The position numbers were made by a program, and so were the translations under genes. Below are positions 8,581-16,044 of a DNA stretch of 19,785 nt, piece after piece (positions within the stretch are counted from its first letter, which is position 1; every line of letters starts with the position of its first letter). This DNA comes from Candidatus Dadabacteria bacterium (GTDB taxonomy: Bacteria > Desulfobacterota_D > UBA1144 > Nemesobacterales > CSP1-2), in contig PSLL01000035.1 of the NCBI GenBank assembly GCA_040289575.1, positions 5,147-24,931 on the forward strand, written 5' to 3'. The notes beneath the pieces were generated by a model. That model saw only the letters and a list, made by a program, of their open reading frames with translations, was not told the DNA's origin and searched no databases.

Positions 8581-9177
8581 ATGTCCTCAGAAAAATTAAC
8601 AGAGGGATGGATCTCAGCATTAAAACTCTATGAGTCGGTAAAGACTGTAAGCGTTTCAAACCATAAGTATACAAATGGCCGTGAGAGAAATACCTTTATA
8701 AGCAAGGAATTCGGGTTTAGGGTGTCGTGGCCCAATGGGTGGGCGGCAGAGAGCAGGCTGAGCGAATTCTACAAGAGGCAGTCTGGATTCGGCTCCAGTG
8801 TTATAATGCCGATAGTGATAGTTCCTGAATCGCTCTGTGGTGGTTTTAGACCGAGCGTTACCGTGGCAATGGAGAACTCGGTGGGAATTGATATTGAGAG
8901 CTATTTGAGAGAAAGAATTCAGATATCTAAAGGCGCACTGGTCGAAATTGTGAGGTCAATCGGGGTAGATCTTGTGTCAATACTACAGTTTCGCTATCTA
9001 AGTCCTCTGGGCATACCCTCTGAGGAGAGGATTTTTCAAATCCAAAAAATAGCCCTTACAAACAATAGAGTCTATATTATAACGGCCTCTCAGATACCCG
9101 AGTCTGAGCTTAAAAGAAATGATAGATTAAAAGGCGACCTGGATAAGATAATGAGTTCTTTTGCATTTGTCACCTAA
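8581..9177 (+). CDS. Hypothetical protein, possible PsbP/Mog1p-like fold
   Basis: 198-aa ORF with FGFRVSWPNGW near the N-terminus and NRVYIITA...DKIMSSF at the C-terminus, a pattern seen in PsbP-like proteins. Confidence 0.6.
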   Translation: MSSEKLTEGWISALKLYESVKTVSVSNHKYTNGRERNTFISKEFGFRVSWPNGWAAESRLSEFYKRQSGFGSSVIMPIVIVPESLCGGFRPSVTVAMENSVGIDIESYLRERIQISKGALVEIVRSIGVDLVSILQFRYLSPLGIPSEERIFQIQKIALTNNRVYIITASQIPESELKRNDRLKGDLDKIMSSFAFVT

Positions 9178-9196
9178 GCGAATAAACTTATAATCC

Positions 9197-9604
9197 CTAT
9201 AATTTTTTCTTCACCCGCTTTGCCTCAATTTCATTGATGAATCTATAGTTTGATATGTTAAGAGCCCTTCTGTATATTCCTATAACCTCCACGATATCCC
9301 CTTCGGCTATAGGCAGGTGGCCAAGGGCAAATACATTGACAAAATTCCCGTCTTTATCAGCGAGTTTAAAATTCGTATATGGGCTTCCTTTATCCTTATC
9401 ATCTTCTCCCAGTGTGCTAAATACCAAATCCCAGACCCTTCCTTCCACTATTACCCCTGCGCTGTCATAAATAATGGGGTTTATTAGAATGGTCGTTATG
9501 TCCATTTTCTTAGCCGGAGTGGTAGTGTTGGGGTTTTGCCACTCACCCGCGCATCCCGAAAAAATGAGAAATAGCATGGAATATACGAAATATTTACTTC
9601 TCAT
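9197..9604 (-). CDS. Putative lipoprotein with an OB-fold-like domain
   Basis: SD GGAGG before ATG at 9604; lipobox FSGC; VIVEGRV...FKLAD...VNVF...EGDIVEVIGIY...IEAKRV. Confidence 0.7.
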   Translation of the reverse strand: MRSKYFVYSMLFLIFSGCAGEWQNPNTTTPAKKMDITTILINPIIYDSAGVIVEGRVWDLVFSTLGEDDKDKGSPYTNFKLADKDGNFVNVFALGHLPIAEGDIVEVIGIYRRALNISNYRFINEIEAKRVKKKL

Positions 9605-9713
9605 GAGTGCCTCCCAGGTATGGCTACGCAGAGAAAATACCAAGCACGTGTAAGGTTATAACATCTCTCACCGTAAAACAATGAGTGAATAAAAGAATGT
9701 AATCTGCTCGAAC

Positions 9714-10328
9714 TCACTTATCACAGATAGCGCAAATGATATTGATAATTCCCGATATATGACTTTCGACATAATCTATATTTAGCCCAGCTTTTTTGGC
9801 GTTTCCTAATGCATCGCGATTTAGATGGCATCCTATCCTTCTCACATTAAACGGCGTAAGCCAGTCCTGAACCCTACCGAGAAATGAATTATGGCTTCGG
9901 GCGTGTTCCAAAATTAGAATCTTCCCTTCCGGTCTACAAACCCTTTTCATCTCTGACAGCGCTCTAATGGGATTCGGAACGGTGCAAAGTGAGAGCGCGC
10001 AGAGAACCGTATCAAACGTGCTATCTTTGAATGCGAGATTCTCCGCATCCATCACAATTAGATTTATCGCAATACCGAGGTTAAGAGCGAGTTTCCTCGC
10101 TTCTTCGATCATTCTTTCGGACAGGTCTACTCCGGTAATCTTGCATCCGCTTGTGTAGAATGGGAGATTTCTCCCTGTGCCTATACCTACTTCCAGGACA
10201 TTACCATTAGCCCGACTGACCAATTTCTTACGATAGCGGCGGAAGACAAGAGGCTCCATAATCCACTCCCGCCTGTTAAATGAAGGGGCGGTCTCATTAT
10301 ATATTTTGCGAATTTCTTGTGTTTGCAT
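9714..10328 (-). CDS. Class I SAM-dependent methyltransferase (PmtA/UbiE-like)
   Basis: Motif I VLEVGIGTG, GVDLSERM, DAENLAF...FDTV, RVCRPEG, LEH. Confidence 0.9.
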   Translation of the reverse strand: MQTQEIRKIYNETAPSFNRREWIMEPLVFRRYRKKLVSRANGNVLEVGIGTGRNLPFYTSGCKITGVDLSERMIEEARKLALNLGIAINLIVMDAENLAFKDSTFDTVLCALSLCTVPNPIRALSEMKRVCRPEGKILILEHARSHNSFLGRVQDWLTPFNVRRIGCHLNRDALGNAKKAGLNIDYVESHISGIINIICAICDK

Positions 10329-10387
10329 TTAATTTAATGTTTCGTTTTTTAAAGGTATTACCTTTGGATAGGCAGGGGAAAACGCCT

Positions 10388-10955
10388 TTATATGGTGTGT
10401 CCATAGTCCATCTGTCGTCGGATCTTCTCTTTAACCTTATAACCCCCCTAATTTTCGCATAGATATAGCCCCAAATCAATTGAAGAGGTGACTCCTCTTG
10501 CAGTAATGACATTGCCTTCATCAACGATTCTTTGATTCACAACAGACAAGCAAAATCCCCTAAGGTCGTCAAAGTGATTGGGATGTGTAGTTGCATTTTT
10601 TCCTTTTAGGAATCCCGCAGCGCCCAGGAGTAAAGCACCTGTACACACAGAGGCTTTTAATTTGCAAGGCCTTGCAGTCGTAAGCCATTGGATGAACTCT
10701 GCATTATCAATCAAATTTTGTATCGTGGATATGAATCCGCCGGGTACAATAACCGTGTCATAATCTTCTAGTGATTCTCCTACCTCAGTTGGTGTGAAGT
10801 GTAGTCCCGCATTATCGCCTACTTCCTTAGAATGTGCACAGATTTCCCATTCCAGGTCATGCACAAATCCCATTGTTTTAAGCCGGATTAACGGGTCATA
10901 GACGCCGATAAGATCCAAAGCGGATTCCATTGTAAATAATAAAAGCAATTTTCAT
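10388..10955 (-). pseudogene. DJ-1/PfpI family protein, disrupted by a frameshift near 10922 and an in-frame TAG at 10448-10450
   Basis: ATG at 10955 (SD AGAGG) gives MKIAFIIYNG. The core (ALDLIG, IVPGG, SVCTGALLLGAAG, ATTH, ITARGVTSSIDLGL) is in another frame. After the TAG the same frame continues GGYKVKEKIRRQMDY to TAA at 10388. Confidence 0.85.
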
Positions 10956-10974
10956 GACAGCCTCTTGTTTAATT

Positions 10975-11940
10975 TTACTTGAGCTTAGCGGATAGAGCAG
11001 TAGCACAACCGGCGGCAAGGAGGTATGACGCACTGCCTGCAAGGCTTGTGAATGTAAAACCGAGACCAACACCTATCATGATTGCCGCGATTGAGCCAAA
11101 TACAGACATAATACCGTTTAGACCCCAGTAAAACGGAACGCCTCCTGCGTTTAGCGAATTGCCCACAATCCTTATACCAAGCGGAAATGGCATCCCCATA
11201 AGAAGCCCAAGCGGGAATAGTAGAATAAACGTTATAGCGATCCTTACTTGGATTGAAAAGGGCAGAAAAATCGGTATTAGATGGGGCAGAGCTAAGGCAT
11301 AAGTTGTTGAGATAAAAAATATAAGAGAGCACACCGTAAAAATCCGTTTCGGAAGAACCTCTCCTCTAAATCTACTGCTTAAAAAACTGCCAATCCCGCC
11401 TGATACGAGTAGTGAAAAGAGTATCACGGATAGGGTAAAAATCGGATGACCTAAGAGGAGAATGAATTTCTGGAGTATTGATATTTCTATAAGTATAAAT
11501 CCGAGCCCTAGTGCGATGAAATAGAGAATAAACAGCGTTGTTTCAGTCTTTTTCTTTGCCTCGCTGGTGTATGAAAAGGCAAAGAATAAAAATGTAGCAG
11601 AAATCGGTATAAGGAGAAATCTCATCAGGTATGTCGGAATCTCATAGGGTCTTTCATTTGCAAAGTAAAATGGGCTGTCGTCTCGAACTGGGTCTACCTT
11701 TTCGTCGAAATGAGAGTAGAACTCAGTGGGAGAAATCCTTCCGCTAAAAAGCTCGTTGTATGGAGATGAAGAGACAATATGCGGAATGTGAACTGGATTA
11801 TATTTAGACGAGAGATTTTTTATCTCCAGACTTTCTTTCTTTGTAAAGGGTGTCTTTTTGAGCATAAAGATCATCTGAGTCGGCTCGTTCTTTTTTTGGA
11901 ACGTCCGCCAGCAGGATTGCAATGTTATTTCCGGCTTCAT
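10975..11940 (-). CDS. Membrane spermidine-synthase-like / SAM-dependent protein, C-terminal multi-TM fragment (real coding from about 11897)
   Basis: PVRDDSPFY, YFIALGLGFILIEI, LLGHP, GLLMGMPFPLG, WGLNG followed by TM helices. Confidence 0.8.
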   Translation of the reverse strand: MKPEITLQSCWRTFQKKNEPTQMIFMLKKTPFTKKESLEIKNLSSKYNPVHIPHIVSSSPYNELFSGRISPTEFYSHFDEKVDPVRDDSPFYFANERPYEIPTYLMRFLLIPISATFLFFAFSYTSEAKKKTETTLFILYFIALGLGFILIEISILQKFILLLGHPIFTLSVILFSLLVSGGIGSFLSSRFRGEVLPKRIFTVCSLIFFISTTYALALPHLIPIFLPFSIQVRIAITFILLFPLGLLMGMPFPLGIRIVGNSLNAGGVPFYWGLNGIMSVFGSIAAIMIGVGLGFTFTSLAGSASYLLAAGCATALSAKLK

Positions 11941-13288
11941 CCGGCGGGATTCCGTGCCCCTCCATCATAGAGATTGAATTTGAGACGAGTCTCGGAATAT
12001 CAACCTGCCACCTTATAACAACAAACATTCCATTATTTGTTAGGTGATCGAAATACTCGTGAAACGCCTCGGTTGTGTAGAGATAATTCTCTGAAAGAGC
12101 AAGCCCTCCTGATGAAACGGATGCCCAAGAGTCAACAAAACTGAGCGATATGATGTCGTATTTTTCATTCGACCTGCTTATGAAATTGCGCCCCTCGTCT
12201 ATTATTAGGTGCACGTTTGGGTTGTTGTATATGTTCCCCGCTTTTTCTCCGTAATGTCTTACAAAATCGACTATTAGTGGATTAAGTTCTACAGCGGTTA
12301 CATGTGTGCTTCCCGCAATGAGTGAGAGTAATACATCTACTCCACCGCCCGGGCCGATTATAAGGGCTTTTGGCTTCTTCTCAAGGCGAAAGGGTATATA
12401 CCTGAACCACTCTTTAGCCTTCTCTATACTCTCAATCCTTCCGTCCCATTTGACGACATTCGTCCACGCATCGGAATCAATATAAATTCTTGCGATGTGC
12501 GGCGGGGCTACGCCCTCCACACCGTCAATCCTCGAGTATGAATTCCATTTCGTAAAGACTATGTGGAGATTTGGGTCGGAGTGCATGTGCTGATATAGAC
12601 CCTTTGCCGGGGCGTTTTTAATGGTGAGTATATGGAACTCGCTGTTACAGATTATTAAAAGGGCAACTGCCAATATAGAGGTCAGTCCCAATGAAAATAT
12701 CTTAGTTTTCCAAAAATCTGGACGATGTGTAGAAAAGAGAATGGTGGCCAATGCGGGAAGTATAGCGACAAAGAGCACAGTTGATTCGCCCCCTAGCAGT
12801 CCAAGTATCAGAGTAATTCCCCATGCCCCGAATGTGGCTCCTATTAAATCTGCAAAATACAGCTTTCCCGTAATTTCCCTGAAAATATCAAACGCCTGAA
12901 CGAGTGTGATGCCCGCAAGGAGAAATGGAATGACAGATGTAATAAAATACAGGCTGAGAAAGTTTGGGGTAGCTGGAAGCTGAATGATTATCCAAAGAAA
13001 TATTGGAATTGATAATGAAAAAAGGAGCGATGCCAGAGCAAGGAAGCCAGGGGTGGATTTTATAATATTTCTTTCCTTGAGAATATGGAGCGAGAATCCG
13101 CCCAATCCCCAGCCAAAGAGAGCGACTGAGATTGCAATAAATGCGTAGTGATACCAAATAGTCGCGGAAAAGATACGCGTGAGCGTAACCTCAAGCATCA
13201 ATCCAGATGCAGAGATTAAAAATATTCCCAAAAGGAGTAAAGGTGTGGAAATTCCTACACCGTTCTTTGAGATGCTTTTATCTGACAT
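11804..13288 (-). CDS. Membrane spermidine-synthase-like / SAM-dependent protein, N-terminal fragment (frameshift at the T7 run 11891-11897)
   Basis: N-terminal TM block (LEVTLTRIFS, YFADLIGA), then KWNSYSRI, LIIGPGGG, AVELNP, DEGRNFI, YDII, ENYLYTTEAF. Confidence 0.85.
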   Translation of the reverse strand: MSDKSISKNGVGISTPLLLLGIFLISASGLMLEVTLTRIFSATIWYHYAFIAISVALFGWGLGGFSLHILKERNIIKSTPGFLALASLLFSLSIPIFLWIIIQLPATPNFLSLYFITSVIPFLLAGITLVQAFDIFREITGKLYFADLIGATFGAWGITLILGLLGGESTVLFVAILPALATILFSTHRPDFWKTKIFSLGLTSILAVALLIICNSEFHILTIKNAPAKGLYQHMHSDPNLHIVFTKWNSYSRIDGVEGVAPPHIARIYIDSDAWTNVVKWDGRIESIEKAKEWFRYIPFRLEKKPKALIIGPGGGVDVLLSLIAGSTHVTAVELNPLIVDFVRHYGEKAGNIYNNPNVHLIIDEGRNFISRSNEKYDIISLSFVDSWASVSSGGLALSENYLYTTEAFHEYFDHLTNNGMFVVIRWQVDIPRLVSNSISMMEGHGIPPDEAGNNIAILLADVPKKERADSDDLYAQKDTLYKERKSGDKKSLV

Positions 13289-13331
13289 TTATGATAGGAC
13301 TCAGCCAATTTTTTGTCCAATTAGCCCGTAT

Positions 13332-13359
13332 ATCTTAATGGAGGTAGTGAGTTAGTCAA
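13332..13359 (-). promoter_or_regulatory. Candidate sigma70 promoter for the 13288-9197 minus-strand gene run
   Basis: Minus-strand TTGACT-N16-TAAGAT, ending 44 nt upstream of the ATG at 13288. Confidence 0.4.
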
Positions 13360-13672
13360 GGATGTATGCCGGTTATTGATTTGTTACATACTGTAAACCT
13401 GTAAGAAACCCCTACATAGAAAATCGAGGGCAAACGAAGCAAAATTGTGATGCTTCATCAACCTGTATCAATTTTCAAGGGCCGTCTTTGTCTCAGGGTG
13501 CTTATAAGCAAAATGCTGAGACATTTGCGTGAATAATATGCATAAATAGCCCCCCCAGAATTGAAGTTGCTATTTTTTAGGTACACCAAAATCGATTTAA
13601 TTATAAAGATCTATGGCATCTCGATGCTAAATCCAATCCCGGTAAGCTGTTTATTAAACTCAAGAATAGTCT

Positions 13673-14818
13673 CTAATACCTCGGCATATCGGGGTCGTAT
13701 TCCTCTGCCCAGGCGTCTATACCGCCTCTTAGATTCTTTACCTTTTTGAATCCCATCTGCCTCAAAAACCTTGTTGCACGAAGGCTTCTCATACCGAGAT
13801 GGCAGTAGGCTATGATTTCATCGGCTGTGTCAAGCTCATTTATCCTCGAGGGCAATTCACTAAGCGGGATTAGTATAGAGCCATCTATATGACATATCTC
13901 GTATTCATGGGGCTCTCTGACATCAAGTATTACGACGTTCTTTTTACTCTTAATCAGGTCGTGGAATTCCTCCACTGTGATCTCTAGGTCTGAGCCCGGC
14001 GAGACATCCTCTTCACCGCGTCCGAGCCCGCAGAATTCCTCATAATCAATTAGTCCTGTAATTGTCGGATTATTGCCACATATCGGGCAGTTCGGGTCTT
14101 TTCGGAGCTTTAATTCCCTGATTTTCATCCCCATTACATCAATAAATAGGAGCTTCCCAATGAGCGGCTCGCCCTTACCGAGAATGAGCTTTAGGGTCTC
14201 TGCGGCCTGAAGGGTACCGACAATTCCTGGGAGGATTCCCAGCACCCCCCCCTCAGCACAGCTCGGAACCATTCCCGGAGGAGGTGGCTCAGGATAGAGG
14301 CAGCGATAGCAGGGACCGCGCTTTGCATCAAACACGCTTACCTGTCCCTCAAAACGGAATATGCTTCCATAGACATTCGGTTTTCCGAGGAGCACACATG
14401 AGTCATTTACAAGGTAACGTGTGGCAAAGTTGTCCGTACCGTCAACAACAACATCGTAATCCTTTATAATGTCAAGGGCATTTTCGGATGTCAGCCTAAG
14501 ATTATAGGTTTCTACCTTTACATCTGAATTGATTTCGCGGATCCTTTCTTTTGCGGATTCTACTTTAAGCTTTCCCACCTTGGGCTCGCTGTGGATTATC
14601 TGCCTCTGGAGATTGCTGAAATCTACGACGTCGAAATCAACAATGCCAAGGCGTCCTACGCCTGCTGCTCCAAGATAGAGAGCAAGAGGCGATCCGAGTC
14701 CGCCCGCACCTATGCATAGAACGCTCGATGCGGCCAATTTCTCCTGCCCCTCTACACCCACTTCAGGCATAATCAGGTGCCGACTATATCGGCTTATTTG
14801 CTGGTTTGTGAGATTCAT
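13673..14818 (-). CDS. moeB: MoeB/ThiF-family E1-like adenylyltransferase fused to a rhodanese domain (MoeZ type)
   Basis: RYSRH, GAGGLG, SNLQRQ, DGTDNF, CYRC...SCAEGGVLG...CPIC, C-terminal rhodanese DVREPHE...YCHLGMRS...GGIDAW. Confidence 0.93.
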   Translation of the reverse strand: MNLTNQQISRYSRHLIMPEVGVEGQEKLAASSVLCIGAGGLGSPLALYLGAAGVGRLGIVDFDVVDFSNLQRQIIHSEPKVGKLKVESAKERIREINSDVKVETYNLRLTSENALDIIKDYDVVVDGTDNFATRYLVNDSCVLLGKPNVYGSIFRFEGQVSVFDAKRGPCYRCLYPEPPPPGMVPSCAEGGVLGILPGIVGTLQAAETLKLILGKGEPLIGKLLFIDVMGMKIRELKLRKDPNCPICGNNPTITGLIDYEEFCGLGRGEEDVSPGSDLEITVEEFHDLIKSKKNVVILDVREPHEYEICHIDGSILIPLSELPSRINELDTADEIIAYCHLGMRSLRATRFLRQMGFKKVKNLRGGIDAWAEEYDPDMPRY

Positions 14819-14845
14819 TTGCCATTTACCTTCCTTTTCGAGGAT

Positions 14846-15103
14846 CTATATAACATCTCCGACGAATAATAGGACAAAAGCGATGACGAAGAGCTTTCAG
14901 ATGACATACGATATGGCAACTTCGGTTTATGTCATCCGACTCCTTCCATTGGTCGGAGTTGTGATGGACACCATTGACTTACGGGAACAGGAGCAAAGAA
15001 TAGACACTCCTGGATGCCGTTGCCTGTTGGCTATGGTGTCCTGTTGCTCTTGTTCATCGCAACAGTGGGCGTCTGATTTCTTCTATTCGTCGAAATTATA
15101 TAG
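14846..15103 (-). ncRNA. Unassigned highly structured element, candidate ncRNA or cis-regulatory leader of moeB/moeZ
   Basis: Nested complementary segments: 14846-14853/15096-15103, 14857-14869/15083-15095, 14880-14894/15046-15060, 14900-14908/14928-14936, 14937-14943/14955-14961, 14966-14974/15033-15041, 14981-14984/15017-15020, 14988-14993/15007-15012. Strand is inferred from the promoter and G-U pairs and is not certain. Confidence 0.6.
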
Positions 15104-15130
15104 TTTAATATGAAAATCCTAATTTTTCAA
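15102..15130 (-). promoter_or_regulatory. Candidate sigma70 promoter for the structured element and moeB/moeZ
   Basis: Minus-strand TTGAAA (15130-15125), 17-nt spacer, TAAACT (15107-15102). The implied start near 15095 coincides with the first base of the closing stem. Confidence 0.55.
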
Positions 15131-15192
15131 ATCTCAGTCACAGCGGACTGACTTTGATTTACTTAGTTAAAAGGTATATAATTGAGGCACTT

Positions 15193-15894
15193 ATGAGTAA
15201 AACCAAACCGACAATAGGGATAACAGCGGATATAAAATTGGATGCAGACAATGAAGAAAAATTCGTCGTGGATAGACCCTATGTCGTAGCCGTTGCCAAT
15301 GGAGGTGGCATCCCGCTCTTTCTTCCAACGCTTTCAGAAGGCAGTTTAATTAAGGATTTAGTATCAAGGATTGATGGGCTTCTAATCTCAGGCGGAAGGG
15401 ATATTGACCCGAAGTTCTACGATGAGGAGCCCCATCCAAACCTTAGGCCTATGAGGCTTGAGAGAACACAATCGGAGATGGTCATGTTAGAAGAGTCCCT
15501 AAAACGGGGTATACCCGTTTTAGGTATCTGCGGCGGGATGCAGCTTATAAATGTCTTCTTTAGAGGCTCTCTCTATCAGGACATCTCCTCTCAGATTTCC
15601 GACGCCCTTATTCATGAAAAGGGTTCTGTTCATGAGGTCTATGTTGAAGAGAACACACTTCTCCGAGAGATTACCAAAGAGAAGAGGTTCTCCATAAAGA
15701 GTTATCACCATCAATCCGTGAAGGTACTCGGAAAGGGGTTGAGAATCTCTGCAATATGTCCGGATGGGATTGTAGAGGCAATAGAATGGCCAAATTCTTT
15801 TGTTCTCGGTCTTCAGTGGCATCCCGAAAGGGAAGAGACCGAGATTTCAAAAAGGATTTACAGGGCCTTTGTGGATGCGTGCAGGAAACAATAA
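15193..15894 (+). CDS. Gamma-glutamyl-gamma-aminobutyrate hydrolase family protein (peptidase C26, class I glutamine amidotransferase-like)
   Basis: KPTIGIT, DGLLISGG-DIDP, LGICGGMQ, SYHHQ, GLQWHPE. SD GAGG before ATG at 15193. Confidence 0.92.
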   Translation: MSKTKPTIGITADIKLDADNEEKFVVDRPYVVAVANGGGIPLFLPTLSEGSLIKDLVSRIDGLLISGGRDIDPKFYDEEPHPNLRPMRLERTQSEMVMLEESLKRGIPVLGICGGMQLINVFFRGSLYQDISSQISDALIHEKGSVHEVYVEENTLLREITKEKRFSIKSYHHQSVKVLGKGLRISAICPDGIVEAIEWPNSFVLGLQWHPEREETEISKRIYRAFVDACRKQ

Positions 15895-16044
15895 CACCAC
15901 CTAAGAAATTTAGTAGGTTGCTAACACTAAGGCGGAATTGAACCGTTCATGCGATGTCTTCCGATTTCCGAGCCGGTTCGACGTGTCTTCCCATTAATAG
16001 ATTCATTCATCATTGGGTTGAATAGCAGGTAAAATAAAGCTACT

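Noticed and set aside
9714..10328. Methyltransferase as a Pho-regulated lipid-remodelling enzyme
   Set aside because: No 11-bp array found upstream, and the substrate cannot be assigned from motifs.
13427..13460. c-di-GMP-I riboswitch-like start AGGGCAAAC plus a hairpin
   Set aside because: Lacks the GNRA loop and the GACGCAAA segment; no downstream gene on that strand.
13495..13523. TPP riboswitch-like GGGTGC...GCTGAGA
   Set aside because: The 3' half (ACCUGA...AGGGA) is missing, and the orientation is opposite to the flanking genes.
14846..15103. Moco riboswitch, retron msr/msd or CsrB-type identity for the structured element
   Set aside because: Only a short CUCCGA...GGAAGGAG resemblance to Moco without its architecture; no reverse transcriptase in the window; most GGA motifs lie in stems.
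14712..15113. 133-aa Cys-containing plus-strand ORF
   Set aside because: Overlaps the moeB/moeZ start antisense, has no recognisable domain, and the region is better explained by base-paired structure.
15931..15998. tRNA T-arm-like CGGTTCAATTCCG, cobalamin-riboswitch-like GGGAAG and LexA-like GAAC/GTTC
   Set aside because: No cloverleaf or acceptor stem; riboswitch elements are in the wrong order; GAAC-GTTC spacing is 1 nt rather than the 4 nt of the Gram-positive SOS box.
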